A stretch of 64,000 nt of DNA. Source: Candidatus Marinacidobacterales bacterium. Its GTDB lineage: Bacteria > Acidobacteriota > Vicinamibacteria > Marinacidobacterales > SMYC01. The stretch is taken from positions 160,001 through 224,000 of the forward strand of contig OZ250169.1 in assembly GCA_965237955.1 (NCBI GenBank), given 5' to 3'. Below are positions 41,218 through 52,519 of this stretch, in pieces. The translations under genes and the position numbers were made by a program. Numbering within the stretch: the stretch's first letter is position 1; each line of letters opens with the position of its first letter. Below the pieces are notes generated by a model. That model made no database searches. It saw only the letters and a list, made by a program, of their open reading frames with translations, and had not been told where the DNA came from.

Positions 41218-43151
41218 AAGGAGAAGGCCTGTTTCTTTGCGAAGCTGACAAATGCTTCCGCAATTTGGTCAAGGTCGTGATCAACTACCATGTGACCGTG
41301 CATATCAAGTACTGGTCTCCCGTCAGAATCCAATTCGTAAACGTACTCTCCTGAGTTGTCCTTGCCGCCGTTCTGGCTGACGGCAAAGAAGATTGAGTAA
41401 TCGTCTACCTTCGGACAGAGCGGCCCGGCCTTGCGGTCATCGTTCCATTTTTGCAGGAACAAAATGCTCGTCTTAGTGCCAGTGTGGGGCTTAAACGTGT
41501 TGCCGTGTAGGCTTACGACGGAGAGAATGCGGGTATTTTTTGCAATGAATCGGCGAATATATTCATCTGTAGTGTTGTTGTATCGCCCCTGGGGAAGCAC
41601 AATGCACATGCGCCCACCGGGACGCAAAAATTCAAGGTTGCGCTCTATGAAAAGAATATCGCGGCCCATCTTGCTCTGCCATTTGCCCTTGCCCTTTTGA
41701 GCAAGGTCGAACTGGTGGAGGATTCGCGTGTCCTTAATATCCCCCGCGAATGGTGGATTTGTCATTAGAACGTCAAAGGTGAAGTACCGATAGTTTTTCT
41801 GATTAAAATCATCCCTCGTAGGGTCTTTTGGAAAGCGGCGCATACGGTCGCGCAAGCCTACCCGCACTTCATCAGGCCATTGGCGTGGCTCCAGGGTGTT
41901 ACCACGGTAAACATTGGTTCGCCCATCTCCAGCGATGAGGTTAAGAGCCTTTGCGATCTTCACCGAGCGCGAATCAAAGTCCATTCCATATACGTTTGAA
42001 GATGCGTACTCGCTTTGCCATTTTTTCGGACCTTCGGCGGTAAATTCATTACCCCAAACCCAAAACATTGAGTGGACGCTGAACCCGCACGAACCCGCTG
42101 CTGTGTCGATCATGTACTCTTCGATTTTGGGATTGAGCATTTTCACGCACATGTCTATGACATGGCGGGGTGTAAAGTACTGTCCCTTGCTTCCTTTACC
42201 GACTTGAACTGCAAGGTATTCAAAGGCTTCATCAATGATTTGTAGGTTCGCGTTGAAGAGCTTGATGTCTTCGAGGAAAGAACCGCAGGTGACCAGATGC
42301 GGGGGCGAGAGTTCGATTTTTTCATCCGTATAGAAGACTCCGGGCCATTGGTCCTTAGCTTTTTGAAACAAACCGTTGATGCGTTCATAGAATTCCTTGG
42401 CTGTCGAGCCGCCTATTCGGAATTCCAGGTATCGTTTTTTCCCGGGACGCGAGGCTGACCACTCGTCAAACAGCTTTGCGTAAATGAGCTTGAATACTTC
42501 TTCAAAAGCGTCTACTCCGGCATTGGCAAGGACAAGGTCCTCCATGTCGAGGATGATAGACTTGAGGCTCAGACGCTCTTTGACGAGCCGGTTCTCGCGA
42601 GTCAAACGGTCAATATCCCAGCGTTCAGCAAGAAGATCCGAGAGCTTCTGGTCGGCCCGTGGTATGTCGGGAAGGCTTTTGAAAACGTTGGGCTCCTCCC
42701 GATGGAGGTAAACAATCTCCCTGCCGTTGCACCAAACGCCGATTGGGGAACCTTCGGCATTGCAATAAGACTTCAATTGTTCCAAGCCATCCCGCCGCTT
42801 TGGCTTTTTGACTTCAACTATGAAGAGAGCAGTGTCGAGGTCGTCCTGATCGCAGACGAAAATGTCCGCCCGCTTCTCTGCTATGGTTGAACCAAAATAA
42901 ACTGGCCTTTCTACAAAAATGCGCTCCTTGGGGTATTTGTAATCACGTATCAACCTTTGAAGGAAAAGTTGCCGCACTACCTCCTCGGGCTTAGCATGCC
43001 GGTTTTTCTCCGTGACGAGGCAACGCAGATAAGGCAAACCTCTTTTCTCGACAACTTCCAGTTGTTCGATTTCATTTTTCCGAAAAAGGGTCAGCGAATA
43101 ATTTTTTGCCGCCGCTTGTAGTATTTCAACGATGTTTTGCTTCAATGCCAT
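41202..43151 (-). CDS. Fused PD-(D/E)xK restriction domain plus N6-adenine methyltransferase (type IIB/IIG-like)
   Basis: PEEVVRQ...RADI...VEVKK N-terminal nuclease; GQYFTPR, DTAAGSCGF and TNPPF MTase motifs. Confidence 0.9.
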   Translation of the reverse strand: MALKQNIVEILQAAAKNYSLTLFRKNEIEQLEVVEKRGLPYLRCLVTEKNRHAKPEEVVRQLFLQRLIRDYKYPKERIFVERPVYFGSTIAEKRADIFVCDQDDLDTALFIVEVKKPKRRDGLEQLKSYCNAEGSPIGVWCNGREIVYLHREEPNVFKSLPDIPRADQKLSDLLAERWDIDRLTRENRLVKERLSLKSIILDMEDLVLANAGVDAFEEVFKLIYAKLFDEWSASRPGKKRYLEFRIGGSTAKEFYERINGLFQKAKDQWPGVFYTDEKIELSPPHLVTCGSFLEDIKLFNANLQIIDEAFEYLAVQVGKGSKGQYFTPRHVIDMCVKMLNPKIEEYMIDTAAGSCGFSVHSMFWVWGNEFTAEGPKKWQSEYASSNVYGMDFDSRSVKIAKALNLIAGDGRTNVYRGNTLEPRQWPDEVRVGLRDRMRRFPKDPTRDDFNQKNYRYFTFDVLMTNPPFAGDIKDTRILHQFDLAQKGKGKWQSKMGRDILFIERNLEFLRPGGRMCIVLPQGRYNNTTDEYIRRFIAKNTRILSVVSLHGNTFKPHTGTKTSILFLQKWNDDRKAGPLCPKVDDYSIFFAVSQNGGKDNSGEYVYELDSDGRPVLDMHGHMVVDHDLDQIAEAFVSFAKKQAFSFWQED

Positions 43152-43296
43152 TCCTCGCTTGTAAGGCTTTGCGATTTGTCAGCGGTAAAGGCCAATCAGG
43201 CTTGCGTTGATGAGCCATAATCGAGGGAAGGTCGGAGCCACCCATAAAGGCAGGATTTCCAGTTTGGCCCTGTACGGCCGCAGTATACACCCACGC

Positions 43297-44725
43297 CGTC
43301 CTGTGCTAAAACTCGGCCCTTTTGAAATAGACCATAAATCAGCAGCTTAGTGTCTGTGTTTGCGACCGGGCCAAGGGCCGTAGGCTTTACAATCGTCTTG
43401 GGCGGGCGGGTCGTCACCATGCAGATGACCACCTAGTCAAGAGCGAATATCGAAGCGTGTTCCTGAAGCTGTTTCCACGCTACGCCGGTCGAGCCCGCCG
43501 AGGGGCTACCGTCGCCGGCGACCATCTACGCGGCACGGCAGTAGTAGTTGAGAATGCCCCCGAGTCGCTCTCGCGACACGATGGGGCCAGTGTCATTCGC
43601 GCTTGCCGGCAGAGGTGTGAGGAGCTCGTTGCCGAGACCTTGGTGGTTCCGTTCTGTGTGATAGTGCACTACGTATTCGGTTACCGCTGTGCGCAGGTGT
43701 CGCTCACTGAGAGGTACGAAGCGGTCGAGACACTCTCGACGTATGGAGAGAACGAATCTTTCCGCGTATGCGTTCAGATTCGGACTATTGGCGGGAAGGC
43801 GCAGGGGCTTCACGCCTGAATCTCTCAACAGCCCACGTACCGCCTCGGTGAATAGCGGGTCCCGGTCGTGGATGAGGTACCGCTTGCCAAGGAGGAAACC
43901 ATCCCACATGTCCGTGAGGTTTCTGACCACCTGCCTCATCCACTCCCCGTTTGGGTCCGAGGTTATCCCACCGATGCACACGCAGCGAGTGGCGATATCG
44001 ATGACAAACAGGAGATGGTAGCGGACGAGCCCGAACGGGTTCACCACCTCGACGGTGAACAGGTCGGTCGCAGCGATAGCGCCCCAATGAGCCTTGATGA
44101 AGGTGCTCCACGACATGCTCTTGCCCCGCTCCGGGGCAGGCGCGATACCGTGCTCGGCGAGGAGCCTCTTGATGGTGTTGCGTCCGAGTTCATGTCCGAG
44201 GTTCTTGAGTACGCCCCGCAGGCGCGTATATCCCCACGTCGGGTTCTCCTGCGCCATGCGTACAATGAGCTCACGGATGTCCTTCGCCGTCGGAGGTCGG
44301 CCTGGGCTCCGGTTCTTGCTGCCATCGTACTTGGCTGCGATGAGGCAGCGGTACCAGCGCAGAAGCGTAGCGGGTGTGGCAACGGACGCAATCTGGGCCA
44401 GCGCCTCGCGGCCCAAGGCCTGGGCCTTGACGGCGAGCCTGCGCCGGTCGTCGTCAGAGAGCCTGAGACGCTTGCCCCGAAGCCCGGCTCGGAGCACACG
44501 GTTCTCCTCTCGCAGGTAGTCGATCACTTCCTGCTGCTGGCGGTTGACCCAGCCAGCCAGAACGAGCAGTAGGAATTGCACGTGGTACGTCATGATGGAA
44601 CTGAAGATAACACCCTCGGGCCAGACGATTGTAGAGCCCACGGCCCTTGGCCCGGTCGCAAAACACAGACGCTAAGCTGCTGATTTATCGGCTATTTCAA
44701 GAGGGCCGAGTTTTGGCACAGGACG
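43297..44725 (-). mobile_element. Complete family 1 IS481-like element, copy 2 (transposase 43526-44641)
   Basis: Near identical to 8673-10100. Confidence 0.92.
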
Positions 44726-44847
44726 GGGTCCGTCCCATCGTCGGTGCGCTCAGAGGGCTCTTCCGGCCGTCGCTCGTCGGACAAGCTGATCGAACGAACG
44801 GTCCAGCATCTCACGGCACGACCGACCGATCAGCGACAGGTACTCGT

Positions 44848-46112
44848 TGGCCCTGCCCGGGTTTTGTGGACACCTACCGAGAGGCGCGACAATGCGCCGG
44901 GAGGCGTCCATGGAAAAACGGAAGAGACGAAAGTTCACGAAGGAATTCAAGAAGGAGGCGGTCCGCCTGTGCAAGCAGGGGGACCGGCGCATCGGTCAGG
45001 TAGCGAAGGAATTGGACCTGACAGAATCGGCGCTTCGCAACTGGGTAAAGCAATACGATGTTGACCGCGGCGCGGGGCGGAGTGGGGCGTTAACGACAGC
45101 GGAACAAGAGGAACTGCGTACGCTGCGTCGTCGAGTGCGGACGTTGGAGCAGGAGCGAGAAATCCTAAAAAAAGCGACGGCCTTCTTCGCGAAGGAAAGC
45201 AAATGAGATTCGAGTTCATCAACGCGGAGAAGGCCAACTATCCGGTGCGCGTGATGTGCCGAGTGTTGCAGGTGTCGCGGAGCGGCTACTACGCGCACAT
45301 CGACCGGGCGCCGAGTCACCGTCACAGTGAGGACGCGAAGTTAAAGCCTCACATCCAAGCGGCCCACACGAAAAGCCGCGGCACGTACGGCAGATTGCGT
45401 GTGGTCAAGGAACTGGTCCAACAAGGCCTCGAGGTCGGCAAGCATCGAGTGGCTCGGTTGATGCGCGAAATCGGCCTACGGGGCGTGCCGCAAAGGCGCT
45501 TCCGCAAGACGACCAACAGCCAACACGACAAGCCGGTGGCACCGAACGTGTTGGCTCGTCGTTTCGAGGCCGAGCGGCCCAACCAGTTCTGGACGACGGA
45601 CATCACCTACATTCGGACCTGGGAGGGGTGGCTGTACCTAGCCGTAGTTCTCGACCTGTTTTCGCGCCGCGTCGTCGGCTGGGGGATGCGGTCGCACCTC
45701 AGGACTGAGCTCGCACTCGAAGCGCTCTATATGGCTTTGGGACGACGTGTGCCCGGAGCTGGTCTGCTTCATCACTCTGATCGCGGTGTCCAGTACGCGG
45801 CCGAGAGTTATCAGGACGTACTCGACGACCACGGTATCATCTGTTCTATGAGCCGTCGCGGAGACTGCTGGGACAACGCCGTCACCGAGAGTTTTTTCGG
45901 TACGCTCAAGACCGAACTCGTATACCGTCATCCCTGGCCAACACGGCGCCATGCCAAGAATGCAATCGCTGATTACATTGAAGCCTTTTACAACCCGTAC
46001 CGACTCCACTCAGCGCTCGATTACCTCAGCCCAATGGAGTTCGAACGGCTTCACGCTCTTAACTCTGCCAATGCAAGCTAATCAACCCGTCCACTTTTCC
46101 CGGGCAAGGTCA
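44848..46112 (+). mobile_element. IS3 copy 2 (1265 bp), TSD CGT; orfA 44910-45206, orfB 45203-46081
   Basis: Same proteins as copy 1. CGT at 44845-44847 and 46113-46115. Confidence 0.95.
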
Positions 46113-46183
46113 CGTGCGTCCAGTCCGATGAAAACGCCTTGTCGCTCAGGGCTTCCAAGAGAGCGTTGCCCGCTGGCGAATCC

Positions 46184-48228
46184 CGTCCTGTGCCAAAACT
46201 CGGCCCTTTTGAAATAGGCCATAAATCAGCAACTTAGTGTCTGTGTTTTGCGACCGGGCCAAGGGCCGTGGGCTTTACAATCGTCTTGGGCGGGCGGGTC
46301 GTCACCATGCAGATGACCACCTAGTCGAGAGCGAATATCGAAGCATGTTCCTGAAGCTGTTTCCACGCTACGCCGGTCGAGCCCGCCGAGGGGCTACCGT
46401 CGCCGGCGACAATCTACGCGGCACGGCAGTAGTAGTTGAGAATGCCCCCAAGTCGCTCTCGCGACACGATGAGGCCAGTGTCATTCGCGCTTGCCGGCAG
46501 AGGTGTGAGGAGCTCGTTGCCGAGACCTTGGTGGTTCCGTTCTGTGTGTGATAGTGCACTACGTATTCGTTTACCGCTGTGCGCAGGTGTCGCTCACTGA
46601 GAGGTACGAAGCGGTCGAGACACTCTCGACGTATGGAGAGAACGAATTTTTCCGCATATGCGTTCAGATTCGGACTATTGGCGGGAAGGCGGAGGGGCTT
46701 CACGCCTGAATCTCTCAACAGCCCACGTACCGCCTCGGTGAATAGTGGGTCTCGGTCGTGGATGAGGTATCGCTTGCCAAGGAGGAAACCATCCCACTGC
46801 GTATTCCGGGGCATCGTGAACGCAGATTCCAGCCGAAGGTGAACATCCATTCCAAAGCATCGTGAACACGGATTCCGGGGATCGTGAACATCGATTCCGG
46901 GGAAGGTGAACACGGATTCCAGGCAACGTGAACGCCGGTTCCGGCATCGCGAACGCTCATCGATAGCACGTTTCAAGGCAACTCTAGGTCGTACCCGGAA
47001 GGAGGACGATCTAGGAAATGGCAGCTAAGAGGTTATCGATGAGAAAAATACGAGAGGTTCTAAGGTTAAAGTACGAGCTGGGTTTTACTCACCGCATGAT
47101 CGCAAAGGCACTTCGCGTGGCGGTTGGAACGGTGAGTGAGTACCTGGCCAAGGCGAAGAAGGGTGGTCTGAGCTGGCCGCTCCCGGAGGAGCTGAGCGAC
47201 GGGGAGCTGGAGGCAGGGCTGTTTCCGCCGCCGGGCTCGTCTGGCGCACGGCCGGGTCTGGACTATGCCCACATCCACGAGGAGCTGAGGCGTCACCGAG
47301 AGCTGAGGTCACCCAACACTTCATCGCTTCGATGAGCGTTCGGCTTCACCGGATTCGCTGTTCAGCTTGCTCTGGATTCGGCGTTCACGATGGCTGGAAT
47401 ACGCACCCACATGTCAGTGAGGTTTCTTGCCACCTGCTTCATCCACTCCCCGTTGGGGTCCGACGTTATCCCACCGATGCACACGCAGCGAGTGGCGATA
47501 TCGATGACAAACAGGACATGGTAGCGGACGAGCCCGAACGGGTTCACCACCTCGACGGTGAACAGGTCTGTCGCAGCGATGGCGCCCCAATGAGCCTTGA
47601 TGAAGGTGCTCCACGACATGCTCTTGACCCGCTCCGGCGCAGGAGCGATACCTTGGTTGGCGAGGACCCTCTTGATGGTGTTGCGTCCGAGTTCATGTCC
47701 GAGGTTCTTGAGTACGCCCCGCAGGCGCGTATATCCCCACGTCGGGTTCTCCCGCGCCATGCGTACCATGAGCTCACGGATGTCCTTCGCCGTGGGAGGT
47801 CTGCCTGGGCTCCGGTTCTTGCTGCCATCGTACTTGGCTGCGATGAGGCAGCGGTACCAGCGTAGAAGCGTAGCGGGCGTGGCAACCGACGCAATCTGGG
47901 CCAGCGCCTCGCGGCCCAAGGCCTGGGCCTTGACGGCGAGCCTGCGCCGGTCGTCGTCCGAGAGCCTGAGACGCTTGCCCCGAAGCCCGGCTCGGAGCAC
48001 ACGGTTCTCCTCTCGCAGGTAGTCGATCACATCCTGCTGCTGGCGGTTGACCCAGCCAGCCAGAACGAGCAGTAGGAATTGCACGTGGTACGTCATGATG
48101 GAACTGAAGATAACACCCTCGGGCCAGACGATTGTAGAGCCCACGGCCCTTGGCCCGGTCGCAAAACACAGACGCTAAGCTGTTGATTTATCGGCTATTT
48201 CAAGAGGGCCGAGTTTTGGCACAGGACG
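46184..48228 (-). mobile_element. Family 1 IS481-like element, copy 3, interrupted by an IS21 derivative
   Basis: Both ends present. Transposase split at ...DMW|DGFLL and frameshifted near 46548. Confidence 0.9.
46798..47405 (+). mobile_element. istA: Internally deleted IS21-family element (608 bp), TSD CCCAC
   Basis: Ends TGCGTATTCC / GGAATACGCA, subterminal GTGAAC..GATTCC repeats, and IstA N-terminus [18 protein letters not shown] at 47018. Confidence 0.88.
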
Positions 48229-48853
48229 GGAACAGACCGTCGTGCATCTCATCCGACAGCATGTGGATGCCACGACTTTCTCGGCCTCGTTGATCCACAC
48301 TCCGACGATGCAAGAGCTTGCCTCGGTGCGTCGCTTTTTAGACGGGCTGTGTTCCGGTAGTAATGATGATAGTGCCTCGGCAGCCCCCTTGCTCCGTCTT
48401 ATCCGGCGGGTCGACATCAGCCCCGGCTCTGTGTCCATCCTGCTCGACCGCAATGCGTTCGCTGCTTGCCTCTCTATGGGACCCGAACGCATTCGCGAGG
48501 ATGCACTCCGCATCCTCGCACCGTTCCGCTTACGTCGACGCGGCGTCGAGACCAAGCTCGTTCTGGGCAACCCCACGAAATCCGTCGACCGCACACTCCT
48601 GCGCAATATCAGAAACGCCCTCTCCTGGCTCGACCGAATCAAAGCAGGCAAAACCTATGAGCAGATTGCCACCGAACACGCCATCCCAACGGACCGCGTG
48701 CGCAAGGCAATCCGTTATGCCTTCCTGGCACCCGACATCGTCCGCGCCATTGTCGAAGGCCGCCAGCCCGTTGGGCTGACCTCGAGCTACCTCTTGCATC
48801 ATCCGCTTCCCGACGATTGGGAGAAACAGCGAGTGCTCGTCAAAACGCTGTGA
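48229..48853 (+). pseudogene. Large serine recombinase, C-terminal fragment (second copy)
   Basis: Near identical to 20776-21400, including ~75 bp of downstream sequence. Confidence 0.88.
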
Positions 48854-49829
48854 GCCTGCCAGCGCCCACTTCGTGAATGGGCTCGGTTAGCAGCAAGCTG
48901 CTCTCCGACACTGGCCTCCACCAATCAGCCTCAAACTGGCCCAAATTCCCTGTCATGGTTTCCAGACTCGGATAGCTCCTTGTACTGGACCGTCTGCGGA
49001 GTCATCTTCGTTTCCTCCGTAAAACTCCGCTGGATGAATTCGAGGTTTGGCCAATTCGAATTCCGCCATTCGCCTTCTCCTCAGGCGCGATCTAGGCGTT
49101 AAGCGTCTTCTCATTGTCTGCACGATTAAGCGCAAAAACGTCCCGATAAGCCCCAAAATCGCCCCAAATTGCACGCTAAGGGCCTGTTTTGCTCTCTTTC
49201 TGATCGTTTTCAGCCTAGAACCAGAAGCTCCAGTCGCCCCCACTCGAGCCTCCCGACTGCGATAGCCGGAAAGATGTTCCCGTCGACGAATATTCGCTGA
49301 TGAGACGTAAAGCTTTTTATAACAATGAGTAACGGCCGGCGGTGGCGCCGGAGGGTTCACGACACGACCTTCTTTCAGGCGTCCAGGAAGTTGAAATTGC
49401 CGTATAGAAAAGATGATTAAAGCCAATTAAAATTCCGGCTCGAACGACCACCCGTCGATGATGCGTGCAGGGACCAGCACGTGACGGAGGCCGTTAAATC
49501 ACTGTAGGGGAAGAGGATGGAACGAAATGGGCAGCATGGTTGAAACCCGAGAGGGCGTAAAACAGCCTTCTCCCAAAACCTGTGTACGCGTCAGAAAAGT
49601 CAATAAATGCGCGAAACTCGAAACCTCCTAAATCTCCACTTATTTTTCTCTTTGAGGATTTCCGCCAAAAGCTGGACCGCCTTTTGCCGAGACCGGCTAG
49701 CTCCAAACTGCACCATCCGCCACCCAGTCTGACCAATTGTGGCACTGCAGAGACGGGTGCGATTTTCCGCGCGGTTGGCGGGGTTTTCCAGGATTAGGTG
49801 GCACCAGAGACGCGCTAGAAGGGCTGAAC

Positions 49830-50222
49830 GGGCCTCATTTTCGGATTTGGTCTCTAATCTCGAATTCCGAGGGACAAGTTTGCGCCAAATAAGGGAGTAG
49901 GCGCTGACCGGGCCATGCGGGCGGCGGAAAAAGGGGCCACCCGAGAGGCCCAGAATCAAGGACGGGGCTACCGCAGCGTAGCTGGCCTAGCAAGTTCTGG
50001 TCCAGTTGCGGCCCGGGCCTCCTTTATGTCCATCTTTGCCCAGGACCGGGATCCAGGTCTTCGCCCAGGGAGCGGGGCATCCCGTTTCTGGACGGTGTTT
50101 CCCTGCGCGTACGGGGAACCCCGAATCGCCGGCCCGCAACTTCACCCTCCGGCCAGAAGCAGCCGACCATGGCAGGTCTAAAACGTGCAATCAACGCTGG
50201 ATCGACTTTTTGCGGAGCACAG
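49830..50222 (+). mobile_element. Non-coding right arm related to family 2 element, ending TTTTTGCGGAGCACAG
   Basis: Similar to 58400-58620. The same terminal ~50 bp occurs at ~17140-17190, ~31750-31797 and ~38850-38898. Confidence 0.6.
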
Positions 50223-50636
50223 CCGGCCAGCGGCGGAAAAGAGGTCGCCCGTGCGCCTCTATCGGAGTTGTGCACCAAAGCAGCCTTTGGGCAGGTCCGG
50301 ATAGCAGTAGTTCTTTCGTGCTCCGGGCCATCCAGCGGAGTTCCCTAGAGGAGACGAGGATCACTCGTCAGACGGTCAAGTACAAGGGCGGCAAAGTGGT
50401 GAATGGTAAGCTCAAGGATAGACAAATCTTGTATGCCGAGATGGTTACAGAGACTCGTCCGCCCACAATCAAGGGTTCGATGTGCTGCTCGCGCGGCGGT
50501 TCCCGAAGAAGTGGGGGCGTTCTCTCGCAGTCTTGGTACAATAATGTTACGCACACTAAGACCAGTCTCTGGTAGAAGATCTGCGCGAAATGGCTTCAAG
50601 TCTGCGGAACGCCTGGTAGTAAGCCTGGAGAAGAGA

Positions 50637-50890
50637 ATGAATTTCTACACAGTCCAATTCGAAATCGCCGGTCCGACCGCCATGTGGACTCGGCCTGATA
50701 CTGGTGATGCGCCAGTTAGCTATCCAGTGCCAACGTTTTCAGCGGCCAAGGGGATGTTCGAATTTATCTGCTGGCTCAAGTCAGCGAACGTCGTGCCCGT
50801 TAAGGTTGAAATCTGTGCACCACTTGTGTTCCACACGTACTCGACAAACTACGGAGGACCTCTGCGCAAGAGCAAGATAATGGGGAAAGG
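50637..50890 (+). pseudogene. cas5: Cas5 (type I-C/Cas5d-like), truncated
   Basis: FEIAGPTAMWTRPDTGDAPVSYPVPTFSAAKGMFE RAMP N-terminus. GGAG RBS. Cut by an IS3 end. Confidence 0.8.
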
Positions 50891-50931
50891 TGAACCGCCC
50901 CGGGTTTTCCGGAGACTGTTTTAGTTGAGTC
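50891..50931 (-). mobile_element. IS3-family terminal repeat remnant
   Basis: TGAACCGCCCCGGGTTTTCCGGAGAC. Confidence 0.75.
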
Positions 50932-51019
50932 TCGCCATCTCTAGCGAGCCTTCCTTGACACACCACTGGCACCCGGCGCCGGCCGCCCGCTCCGGTCTCA
51001 GCCATCAGCGTAGCCTCGC

Positions 51020-51667
51020 TCACTCAGTCCTTGGACAGCGTTCGTAATCGGGTTCACCGGAATCGGCGGGACTGATGGACTGAGAAAGCGTCCAGTAGTC
51101 GTCGCGAGGTTCACCGTAGCGGTGCATGACCCCAGCTTGGGTCCAGTGGGGTCGGTGAGCCACGTCGCAGTACTCCATGCGAACCCAGACAAACAACACG
51201 TGCGTCCCATTGACGTACCGAGCTTGGCGGTTCAGGCGAAACTGGACGTCATGGAAGCGCTCTTCGGTTCCAGGCACGACCACGTGTTCTAGGTCACTGG
51301 TCTCCCACTCGGATTCTGAGGGTTCTGGTGGTTCCAGCTCGGCACTATCGCGAAGCAACATGGGCGTGTGGTGCAAGAATCGAACGTTGGTGGCCGGTGT
51401 TTTCCCTGTATTCGCAACAAACAGCCGGATTCGGCCGTAGTCACCCTGCATAGGCTCTCTGTCTTCCCACGATCCATCGGTTCCGCGGCGGGCGGCCAAG
51501 GTAATCTCCCTGTAACCCAACCACGCCCGCTGTTCCAACCGCACGGCATCACGAGCATCCTCGGCTGCGTCAGCGCTTCGGCCGGCGTCGTACCGACTCC
51601 AGGCCGCGACGATTAGCGCGAGAATGCTGACCACGACGGGTACGTTAAATCCGCGTTTCTGCCTCAT
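51020..51667 (-). CDS. Hypothetical protein with N-terminal TM helix (215 aa)
   Basis: AAGGAA RBS, hydrophobic helix, then EQRAWL...NTGKTPA...YCDV. Confidence 0.75.
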   Translation of the reverse strand: MRQKRGFNVPVVVSILALIVAAWSRYDAGRSADAAEDARDAVRLEQRAWLGYREITLAARRGTDGSWEDREPMQGDYGRIRLFVANTGKTPATNVRFLHHTPMLLRDSAELEPPEPSESEWETSDLEHVVVPGTEERFHDVQFRLNRQARYVNGTHVLFVWVRMEYCDVAHRPHWTQAGVMHRYGEPRDDYWTLSQSISPADSGEPDYERCPRTE

Positions 51668-51823
51668 CTGTTCCTTTTCCGCCCCGCTTCCGGTACGGTC
51701 CGTGCGGTTTCGCCTTCGAGTCGCGTTCTTCGACCAGTCCGACCAATCACTCCACGTTATGTACCTGATTCTTCAACCCGGCCGCAAGCGGTGGCCCTCG
51801 ACTCCGTGCGCGCGACGTTCGTC

Positions 51824-51925
51824 TGCGCATTCCGGTGAAATCGATCGCCCGTTCTGGTGGCAAGTCGATCACCTGTTCCGGCGCAAATCGATCACCTGTC
51901 AGAGCGAAGCGACACGGGACGCAAT
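51824..51925 (+). mobile_element. IS21-like end remnant
   Basis: TGCGCATTCCGG start with repeated TCGATC(A/G)CC..TTC.GG units. Confidence 0.65.
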
Positions 51926-52258
51926 CATGAGTTTCGGTTCTCCGTTCGCGCCGTCGGCCGGAACCCGGTGCGTCTGGCTGCGGCGGACGGGATGCTAGTG
52001 GTGTGTCCCAGAAACGGCTTTACGTCGCCAGCCTGTAGCCGACGAGACACGCGAACCCCACGGTTTCCGGGAGGATTCGGGGCCGCAGTGTTTGGGGGCA
52101 CCGCGAAAGTCGAACTGTAAACTCCTTCTAGTGACACACCACTAGATGCCCGGGCAACTCATCACCACCGGCCGTTGGCTCACCCTGAGGATGTGGAACT
52201 TTGGACATACGCCGCTTTATCGGCCATTGCCTCCTCAAAACGGTTCCGTGGGTTCACC

Positions 52259-52424
52259 GGTGCTTCCGCCATCAAATGTTGGTGAGATGACGCTAAGACT
52301 TTACGGTGCATTAAATTACAGCCAAAATAGCGTTCGTGACCTTCGCGGTGCGCTAAATGGAGCGTAAGCGCCTCTTTTGCAACGGGATGCGTACATATTA
52401 CCAACAGTCAACAGCGCAAGCACC
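52259..52424. mobile_element. 166-bp MITE, copy 2
   Basis: Matches 2032-2197. Confidence 0.8.
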
Positions 52425-52519
52425 GGTTAGCGATTTGCTCCGGGCCGTCCAACAACGCCCCAGCATATGGTCGCCGGGCGACGGTAGCCCCTCGGCGGGC
52501 TGGACCGGCGTAGCGTGGA

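Noticed and set aside
48930-49830. ORFs 48953-49426 and neighbours, or a tRNA/att remnant
   Set aside because: No recognisable protein motifs or tRNA fold. Left unannotated.
50345-50573. Possible terminase small-subunit fragment upstream of cas5
   Set aside because: Only weak resemblance (LLARRFPKKWGR) across a frameshift, which is insufficient support.
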